Source of the DNA: Oscillospiraceae bacterium
GTDB lineage: Bacteria > Bacillota > Clostridia > Oscillospirales > UBA929
Assembly: GCA_009777475.1 (NCBI GenBank)
Contig: WRLU01000007.1
Coordinates: 6,532-70,531, forward strand
Direction of reading: 5' to 3'
Length of the DNA: 64,000 nt
Below the pieces are notes generated by a model. That model saw nothing but the letters and a program-made list of their open reading frames with translations. It made no database searches and was not told the origin of the DNA. Shown piece after piece: positions 56,725 to 64,000 of this stretch. Made by a program: the position numbers and the translations under genes. Numbering within the stretch: the stretch's first letter is position 1; each line of letters starts with the position of its first letter.

Positions 56725-59700
56725 ATGGCATTGAAAAACCTTTTTAAATCGACCCTTTCGCTGATATTGGCTCTGTGTATCTTAGCAGGGCTGGTGCCCT
56801 TTGGCACTATGGACACACACGCTGCTGCCGCCTCATACTATTTTACCGAAGCCGGCGCAGGTAATATGGACGCTACGAGCTGGGCAAACGCGGGTTCTTC
56901 TGAGATGTTTGCGGATAAATTGAATGACGCCACAGACGGCGATTCGTTTTATCTTGCCGGTGGTACATATTATCCGAAATATGATCAAGATAAAAATGAG
57001 GCAACTGGCGTAAGTTATGCAGATACTAGATATAAAAAAACATTCTACATAGACTGTGCTGTTTCAATCTACGGCGGGTATAATGATAAAGGTGAAAGAT
57101 TTTTATCAGCAGATGCCACTGACCCCACCATACTCCACGGTAATAATGAAAATCGTGTTATAATGATTGACACTAACAACAATGTTATGCTTGACGGGCT
57201 GACGATAACCGGTGGTCTTTTGAGTGGCAGTGGTAACGTTGATGGTGTGGGCATTTATATAAATGGCACGGCAACAACAATTCAGCGTTGTATAATAAAA
57301 GAAAATAATTCGAGAAACTCTGCCTCACATGGGGGAGCTATTTATTCGCGTCTTTCCCTTACTCCTAATCCGAAGGTTTACGACTGTATATTCATCGGCA
57401 ATACAGCAACCTCATACGGCGGCGTTCATGGGGTTGATGTATATAATTCATATTTTGAAGGGAACACCACTACAAACGGACCAGGTGCTATTTATGGAAA
57501 TGCTGAAAACTGTACCATTATAAATAATACCTCTGGAGATGCGAGTGGGGCATTGAGCGCTATCGACTGGGCAAGGAACAATACAATTATAAACAATTCG
57601 TCACAGTATGGATCCGGTGGTCTTTCTGCTGGCTATGCAGTTGGGAATATAGTAGTTGGCAATACTGCCTCGCCAAGTTTTAGTAAATACGAAGTGTCTC
57701 TGGGTTCATCATCCAGGGCTATGTATAACATTATAGGGGTTGTGGATGAATCAATACTGGGTACAAATAATTTCAACGTATCCGAAGAAACCATGCGAAC
57801 AATCCTCGACTATAGCGACGGCAAATATAACGTTAAAAATAACGGCGGGTTTGCGCCTACAATCGCTGTGGTAAATCCAACTGTGGATATAGGCAACGGC
57901 AAAACGATAATGTGTATGCCTGTTGGAGCGGATGCTGCACCGGAAACAGACCAGCGCGGAGTTGAGCGCAGAACCAACGGTACAGCAACTATCGGCGCAT
58001 TTGAAGCGGCTTATCAGGTTACATACAACTCACAGGGGGGAAGTCTTGTTTCCCGGGGCTATGGATACTACAACAGCACAATTACCGCACCATCACCGCC
58101 CACAAGAGATGGGTATGATTTTGCGGGGTGGTATAGGGATTCATCTTACACGAATGTGTGGAATTTCTCCGCAGACAAAGTAACCGGTCCAATAACCCTA
58201 TACGCAAAATGGGGGCTGAAAAAATACACCGTCACATTTGATTTGACAGGAGGCACCCGCACCGGGGGCGGAGCATTGACACAGACAATAGAGCATGGAG
58301 CTGATGCTGCTGAGCCGTCAGTGACAAGGGCTGGATATGTCTTTGACAGTTGGGAAGGGTCACTTACCAGTATCTCCAGCAACCGAACTATTACAGCGCA
58401 GTGGAATGCCAACACCAATACACTAAGCTTCAGTGCCAACGGCGGCACAGGCTCAATGGCTCCTCAATCATATAAAACAGATGAAACAAAGAACATCATC
58501 GACTGCACCTTTACCCGCGATGGATACACCTTTGCTGGGTGGTCTGTAAGTGCTGATGGGGCTGTTGTTTATGATAACAAGGCATCCTATGCCATGGGCG
58601 CAAGCAGCGAATATACCCTATATGCCCAATGGACACCTAACAACAACATCATCACCTTTGATGCCAACAACGGCACGGATGAAGCCCACACTCAAGCTAT
58701 TGCAACAGATGCAACGGCTAATCTAACCAACTATGATGACTGGTTCACCCCTCCAACCGGACACAGCTTTTCAAGCTGGAACACAGCCGCTAACGGAAGC
58801 GGCATGTCTTACATCAACGGTGCGAGCTACACAATGGGAGCCAGCGCAAGCTATACCCTGTTCGCTCAATGGAGTCCAAACACATATGATGTTACATTCG
58901 ATAAAAACGCGGATGAAGTAGCTGGTACAATGTCTGACCAGCCCTTTATATATAATACTAATGCTGCCCTATATCCAATAGGATATGACCGTCAAGGCTA
59001 CAGCTTTACAGGTTGGGCAAAGGACCCGGATGGCTCTGTTGAGTATAATGATGAGGCTGATTTTACTATGAATGTATTGGGTGCAACCCTATATGCCGTA
59101 TGGGAACCTAAGACTAATAGCCTTGTATTCAACGCCAACGGCGGAGCCGGGACAATGCCGGCTCAAAGCATAAAAACCGCGTCTGCCGCCCAACTGAACG
59201 ATAATCAGTTTACTCGTGCGGGATATATATTCAGCGGCTGGAATACCAAAGCAGACAGCACAGGAGTGTCATACAATGACGGCGATGACTACACTATGGG
59301 CGCAAACAGCGAATACATCCTGTATGCCCAATGGGAGGCTAAGCTCAACACGCTGACCTTCTATCCGGGAAACGCAAACGGTGAAGGCTATACCCAAGCC
59401 ATTGCCACGGATGACTCAGATGAGTTGCTTGAGAGCCGCTTTAGCAGAACCGGTTATACGCAAACAGGCTGGCAATTAGATGGAACAGGGGCTGTGATTC
59501 CCCTTGGTTCGCAGTATACGATGGGAACAAGCTCAAATTACAATCTGTATGCCGTGTGGGAGCCGAATATATATCCCCTGCATTTTGACGCGGGCAATGT
59601 TGTTGTTGCTGGATATATGCCTCCTGTAGATGTTGCCTTTGATGATGCCGTTGCCCTGCCGGAATGTGCCTTTACCAAGCCCGGATATACATTTTCCGGC

Positions 59701-62700
59701 TGGGCGGAATATGAGGCCGGCAATGTTGTATATCTTGACGGAGATATATACCCCCTGAGAACCGAGGGGGCGGTGCTGTATGCTGTATGGGAGGCTAAAG
59801 CCAACACGGTTACCTTTCATTCCAATGACGGAACAAACAATATATATAAGCAGACTCTGAAAACAGACCAAATCGCCTTGCTGGATGCCAACACATTTAC
59901 ACGTATCGGATATACATTCTCCGGTTGGGCAACAAGCTCCGGCGGCACCGCTTTGTTTGATGACTCTGACGATTACATTATGGGTTATGAAGAAAACTAT
60001 GATTTATATGCCGTCTGGCGGCCCAATATATATCAGGTTACATTCAGCGGAAACGGCGCGGTTTCGGGAAGTATGCCCAAACAAGCCATGGCTTTTGACG
60101 ATACCGTACAGCTTAATGCTAATCTGTTTACACGTCCAGGGTACACTTTTATTGGTTGGCGTGATGCGGTCAGCGGAACAGAATATGCAGACCAAGGCGG
60201 CTACAGCATGAAATCTGAGGGTGCGGTCCTCGTTGCTATATGGAGTGCAAATGATAATTTCGTTCTCTTTAATGCAGGAGGCGGGGAAGGGTTTATGCCC
60301 CCGCAAGCTATTAAATCAGGCCTTGAGACACCTTTATCTGGCAATAAATTTACCAAAACAGGCTACAGCTTTGCCGGGTGGGCGTTGTCGGAAAATGGGG
60401 AAATTGTGTATGAAGACGGTGAATTGTTTGATATGCCGTTAGAATCTGTGGTTCTATACGCTGTTTGGACAGCTAATACATATACCCTCTCCTTCCGTGG
60501 GAACGGTGCAAGCTCCGGCAATATGCAGCCTCAGCAATTTGTGTATGATACTCCGGCGGCTTTATTAAAAAATAATTTTTCAAGAGATGGCTACGAGTTT
60601 GTTGGCTGGTCTGCAAAACAAACCACAGACCGCCCAATCAACCCGGTATTTGATTTTTCGGATGAAGAAATATACGCCGTGGATGCCGCGAATGCGGTAC
60701 TGTATGCTGTTTGGAAGCCAAGGGTTTTCAGCGTAACCTTTAAATCAGGCGGTAACGGTACGTTAAACGGCGGTACGGGCGATGTTGTATATAAGTTCTA
60801 TTGTGATGATGATTTGACGCCTCCTGTCCCTGCTCCGGAGGCCGGGTACTTTTTCGGAGGCTGGGATAAGCCCTTGGAGCTGATTGTGCGGGGTGACTCC
60901 GAATATACCGCTGCTTGGACAGAACAGCCCGTATACACCGTGGCGTTCGATCCAAACGGCGGGGCGGGTAAAATGCCGGATCAGCCAATCCAGCGTGACA
61001 CAGCTGCCGTCCTGTATAAAAGCACCTTCAGCAAGCCGGGGCATACGTTTGCCGGATGGTCTGTTTCGGCTGCTTCAAGCACTGAAAACCCGGACCCTGA
61101 CTATGCCGACAATGCGGCTTATACGATGGGTGACAACAGTGTTACGTTATATGCCGCCTGGAGAGTAAATTATTATGATGTGGAGTTTTTCGATTATGAC
61201 GGTGCCTTGTTGAAGTCAAGGCAAGCTGTAAAATACAACATGCCGGCCGTTCCGCCGCAAGAGCCTTTACGTCCGGGCTATACCTTCGCCGGATGGGAGC
61301 CCGGTTATGACAAAATTACTGAAAATAGCGCGATTACGGCGGCATATACTGCCAATGAGAACACTGTCACATATCAAAATGGGGGCGGCACAGGCAGCAG
61401 TATGACCCAAATAATAAACACAGACCAAAGGGCGCGGCTGATGATGAACGCCTTCAGCAAAACCGGGTATTCGTTTGCCGGGTGGCGTGAGGGTGAAAAT
61501 ACCCCTGTTTTGGCTCAAAATGCTTGGTATGTTATGGGCGCGGGCGATGTTACACTCAGTGCTGTTTGGGTGCCGAAGCTGTATGAACTTACCTTTGCCC
61601 CCGGCGGCGGCTCGGGTTCTATGCCTAAAATACCAATGTATTTTGACGATTCGGTAACTCTTCCCGAAGGCTTGTTTACTCGTGCCGGATATACCTTCAC
61701 CGGATGGAATGACGGCCAGAGGACTGCTAGGGCGGGAGAAAGCTATAAGCTGACTGCCACAGGAGCAACCTTAACCGCTGTGTGGTCTGCTGATGAAAAT
61801 ACTATTACTCTTATGCCAAACGGTGGTATGGGAGAGGTGTATTCCGTGTCTGCAAAGACAGACCAAATACTGACTGTCAAAAATCAATTCACCCGCCCGG
61901 GCTACACCTTTGCCGGTTGGGCGGAAGCACCGGGCGGCAGAATCCTGACCCCTGCCGGGGTGCAATATAAGATGGGTGTCTCCGGTATTACGCTGTATGC
62001 CGTATGGGAGGCTAATGAGAATAACATCAGGTTTGTAAACGGAAACGAAGGCTATAATCAGCCGGCCAGAACCGGTGCCAATATTAAGCTTGTGCCAAAC
62101 AGGTTTAGCCGTGCCGGGTATACCTTTGCCGGGTGGGCCTCCTCCCGCGGTCAGGCCAAATCCGAATATAATGACGCCGCCTCAATTACCGTGCCGCCGC
62201 GGGATTTAACCCTTTATCCTGTATGGTCGGCAAATACCAACAATATCGTTTTCAACGCTGACAACGGCAGCAGCGAAACGCTGCGCGGTAAAACAGATGA
62301 GACAATTGCTCTGCCCGAATGCAAGACACCCAAAAAAGGCTACACCTTCACTCACTGGAGTACAAAGGCCGGTGGGGGCGGCGATTCTTATAAGCCCGGC
62401 GGTGCATATACTGTTACCGCTGCCTCCAATAACCAGCTGTACGCCGTATATACCCCTAATAAATACAAAATTGCCTTTGACGCAAACGGAGGCGGGGGCG
62501 CAATGACAGGGCTGAGTGCCGTGTTCGATGACAGTGCTGCGCTGCCAAAAAACAAATTTACAAGAGCTGGCTATAAATTCAAGCAATGGGCAGTCAGCCC
62601 TGACGGACGCGGCGGGGTATATAACAATAAAGAAAAATTTACCTATACATATGACAAAAATATTACCCTGTATGCCATATGGGAGGCCGAGGCGGGGCGG

Positions 62701-64000
62701 GTTGTGTTTGAGCCAAATGGGGCCGGGGGTAAGGTCTATACACAGGAAATCCTTCAGGATGAAGCTAAAAATCTCCTGAAATGCGCCTTTACACGCGAGG
62801 GCTACAGCTTTGCCGGGTGGGCCTTGGAGGAGGATTCTTATGAGATAGAATACCAGGATAAGGCCAAGTTTACCATGAGCCAGTCCCCTAATGTGTTGTA
62901 CGCCGTGTGGATGCCTGAGCTGAATACCATAACCTTTAAGGGCAATGGCGCCGACAGCGGCGAGATGCCCCGGCAGGAAATATTTACTGACGAGACCGCT
63001 GTTCTCCTGCCCAATATGTACGAGCGTTACGGCTGTGTTTTCGCCGGGTGGAGCAGTAATCCTAACATCAGTTCGGTTGAATACGGTGATGAAGCCGAAT
63101 ACCAAATGGGTGTAAAAAATGTAACATTATATGCTGTGTGGAAGGACGATGCGGGTACCGTTATCTTCGACGCCAACGCGCCGCATTCGGGCGGTATGCC
63201 CAGCCAGGCCAACGAGCTGGGTCAGCGGTTTACCCTGATTCCCAACGGCTTTGTGCGCGAGGGCTACTACTTTGAGGGCTGGTCGGTTACGCCCGGAGGT
63301 CAGGCCGAGTATTTGGATGAGGCTGAATTTGTCCTTAGAAAAAAGAGCCTTATTCTGTATGCTGTGTGGAAGCCTGAGTTAAATTATGTTATTTTTGATA
63401 CCTGCGGCGGAGAAGGGCAGGACTTCTATATGCAGGTATATACCGGTGAAACCAAGGCGTTGACACCCAACTCCTTCCATAATCCGGGCTACACCTTTGC
63501 CGGGTGGTCTGTTGTGTCGGGGTTTGAGGAGTCCGTGGACCCCGAGGAGGCTATGCTCACCGAAAAGCCTGTCGGGCGTAAAATTGACTTTTTCGACAAA
63601 GCTCCTTATATTTCGATAATCGGCAGCACCCGGCTGTATGCTGTGTGGGAGCCTGTTGAATATACGGTTATTTTCAACAGCGGGTATGACTTAGGGGCGG
63701 AATACACCCAAAAAGCCCTGTGTTATGAAACATTTACGCTCACGTCCGGCAAGTTTGAGCGGCGGGGCTACACCTTTGCCGGGTGGACAACGGTTGAGGA
63801 GGGCGAGGCGGATGACGCCGAGTATGAGGACGGCGCGGAATTTACCATGGGCATTGAAAATGTGACACTTTACGCGCTGTGGACGCCCAACGAATACCTG
63901 GTAATTTTCGACTCAAACGCCCCCGGGGTCATAGGCGAGATGCCTGCGGAGGCGTATGCATACGACAGCTGGAGCGTGCTGCCGGACTGTGAATTCGACC
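56725..64000 (+). CDS. Giant secreted repeat protein, 3' end outside the window: N-terminal beta-helix-like domain followed by at least 26 Listeria-Bacteroides-type (InlB B-repeat-like) repeats
   Basis: Not in the ORF track. ATG at 56725 gives MALKNLFKSTLSLILALCILAGLVPFGTMDTHAAAA (a signal peptide). My own translation was done at spot-check segments (the start through the first repeats, 59101 and 63901 onward), and these keep frame 1 open to base 63999. All plus-strand ORFs the track lists in this span are in frame 2. The repeats read F.R.GY.F.GW......Y.DG..Y.M....LYA.W. Confidence 0.85.
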   Translation, partial: MALKNLFKSTLSLILALCILAGLVPFGTMDTHAAAASYYFTEAGAGNMDATSWANAGSSEMFADKLNDATDGDSFYLAGGTYYPKYDQDKNEATGVSYADTRYKKTFYIDCAVSIYGGYNDKGERFLSADATDPTILHGNNENRVIMIDTNNNVMLDGLTITGGLLSGSGNVDGVGIYINGTATTIQRCIIKENNSRNSASHGGAIYSRLSLTPNPKVYDCIFIGNTATSYGGVHGVDVYNSYFEGNTTTNGPGAIYGNAENCTIINNTSGDASGALSAIDWARNNTIINNSSQYGSGGLSAGYAVGNIVVGNTASPSFSKYEVSLGSSSRAMYNIIGVVDESILGTNNFNVSEETMRTILDYSDGKYNVKNNGGFAPTIAVVNPTVDIGNGKTIMCMPVGADAAPETDQRGVERRTNGTATIGAFEAAYQVTYNSQGGSLVSRGYGYYNSTITAPSPPTRDGYDFAGWYRDSSYTNVWNFSADKVTGPITLYAKWGLKKYTVTFDLTGGTRTGGGALTQTIEHGADAAEPSVTRAGYVFDSWEGSLTSISSNRTITAQWNANTNTLSFSANGGTGSMAPQSYKTDETKNIIDCTFTRDGYTFAGWSVSADGAVVYDNKASYAMGASSEYTLYAQWTPNNNIITFDANNGTDEAHTQAIATDATANLTNYDDWFTPPTGHSFSSWNTAANGSGMSYINGASYTMGASASYTLFAQWSPNTYDVTFDKNADEVAGTMSDQPFIYNTNAALYPIGYDRQGYSFTGWAKDPDGSVEYNDEADFTMNVLGATLYAVWEPKTNSLVFNANGGAGTMPAQSIKTASAAQLNDNQFTRAGYIFSGWNTKADSTGVSYNDGDDYTMGANSEYILYAQWEAKLNTLTFYPGNANGEGYTQAIATDDSDELLESRFSRTGYTQTGWQLDGTGAVIPLGSQYTMGTSSNYNLYAVWEPNIYPLHFDAGNVVVAGYMPPVDVAFDDAVALPECAFTKPGYTFSGWAEYEAGNVVYLDGDIYPLRTEGAVLYAVWEAKANTVTFHSNDGTNNIYKQTLKTDQIALLDANTFTRIGYTFSGWATSSGGTALFDDSDDYIMGYEENYDLYAVWRPNIYQVTFSGNGAVSGSMPKQAMAFDDTVQLNANLFTRPGYTFIGWRDAVSGTEYADQGGYSMKSEGAVLVAIWSANDNFVLFNAGGGEGFMPPQAIKSGLETPLSGNKFTKTGYSFAGWALSENGEIVYEDGELFDMPLESVVLYAVWTANTYTLSFRGNGASSGNMQPQQFVYDTPAALLKNNFSRDGYEFVGWSAKQTTDRPINPVFDFSDEEIYAVDAANAVLYAVWKPRVFSVTFKSGGNGTLNGGTGDVVYKFYCDDDLTPPVPAPEAGYFFGGWDKPLELIVRGDSEYTAAWTEQPVYTVAFDPNGGAGKMPDQPIQRDTAAVLYKSTFSKPGHTFAGWSVSAASSTENPDPDYADNAAYTMGDNSVTLYAAWRVNYYDVEFFDYDGALLKSRQAVKYNMPAVPPQEPLRPGYTFAGWEPGYDKITENSAITAAYTANENTVTYQNGGGTGSSMTQIINTDQRARLMMNAFSKTGYSFAGWREGENTPVLAQNAWYVMGAGDVTLSAVWVPKLYELTFAPGGGSGSMPKIPMYFDDSVTLPEGLFTRAGYTFTGWNDGQRTARAGESYKLTATGATLTAVWSADENTITLMPNGGMGEVYSVSAKTDQILTVKNQFTRPGYTFAGWAEAPGGRILTPAGVQYKMGVSGITLYAVWEANENNIRFVNGNEGYNQPARTGANIKLVPNRFSRAGYTFAGWASSRGQAKSEYNDAASITVPPRDLTLYPVWSANTNNIVFNADNGSSETLRGKTDETIALPECKTPKKGYTFTHWSTKAGGGGDSYKPGGAYTVTAASNNQLYAVYTPNKYKIAFDANGGGGAMTGLSAVFDDSAALPKNKFTRAGYKFKQWAVSPDGRGGVYNNKEKFTYTYDKNITLYAIWEAEAGRVVFEPNGAGGKVYTQEILQDEAKNLLKCAFTREGYSFAGWALEEDSYEIEYQDKAKFTMSQSPNVLYAVWMPELNTITFKGNGADSGEMPRQEIFTDETAVLLPNMYERYGCVFAGWSSNPNISSVEYGDEAEYQMGVKNVTLYAVWKDDAGTVIFDANAPHSGGMPSQANELGQRFTLIPNGFVREGYYFEGWSVTPGGQAEYLDEAEFVLRKKSLILYAVWKPELNYVIFDTCGGEGQDFYMQVYTGETKALTPNSFHNPGYTFAGWSVVSGFEESVDPEEAMLTEKPVGRKIDFFDKAPYISIIGSTRLYAVWEPVEYTVIFNSGYDLGAEYTQKALCYETFTLTSGKFERRGYTFAGWTTVEEGEADDAEYEDGAEFTMGIENVTLYALWTPNEYLVIFDSNAPGVIGEMPAEAYAYDSWSVLPDCEFD
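58052..64000 (+). repeat. Array of diverged coding repeats of ~75-80 codons inside the giant gene
   Basis: Unit boundaries recur every ~220-240 nt at (L/V)YA(V/Q)W(E/T/K/S)(P/A)N..Y.V.F..NGG. I saw no long identical DNA copies. Confidence 0.85.

Noticed and set aside
62206-63105. 299-aa minus-strand ORF in the track.
   Set aside because: It lies antisense to the giant repeat-protein gene. Its composition is low-complexity, it has no RBS, and it mirrors the repeat periodicity, so it is a shadow ORF.
58052-64000. Regular ~230-bp periodicity that could suggest a CRISPR-like or satellite array.
   Set aside because: The units are in-frame protein repeats with diverged DNA sequence, and there is no short identical direct repeat with unique-spacer structure.

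Overview
This window looks like the replication-origin-proximal region of a spore-forming, flagellated Bacillota (Clostridia-like) chromosome. The conserved core is dnaA-dnaN-recF-DUF370-gyrB-[PstS-like lipoprotein]-gyrA. Around it sit sporulation genes (spoIIID, an unlisted spoVM mini-gene, spoVT, ytvI), a chemotaxis/flagellin block (cheW, cheA, flagellin) and housekeeping genes (glmS, two aminotransferases, hydG, ispE, aspartokinase, a P-type ATPase, NfeD/SPFH). There are three tRNAs: Gly-UCC, and a His-GUG/Gln-UUG pair. I found no rRNA, no CRISPR array and no intact mobile element. Accessory or unusual parts, in window order: (1) an A+T-rich Dam-type methylase plus an uncharacterised nuclease-like ORF at the left edge. 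(2) A decayed junction and a small module next to tRNA-His/Gln, holding an XRE regulator, a 47-aa ORF, a 347-362-aa orphan ORF and two near-identical promoters that each drive a structured, terminator-ended RNA. (3) A Spo0A paralogue, a polytopic histidine kinase and a strong-RBS 13-codon mini-ORF beside the motility genes. (4) An AAA ATPase, an orphan HipA-like kinase and a small membrane protein, the last two carrying a duplicated 48-bp promoter element. (5) A DnaA-box cluster with an A+T-rich tract about 44 kb from dnaA, while dnaA itself has no flanking DnaA boxes. (6) A >2,400-codon surface-protein gene (56725 to the window end) that is missing from the supplied ORF track because it has no stop in the window. 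All functional calls come from motif recognition by eye; no database search was run.
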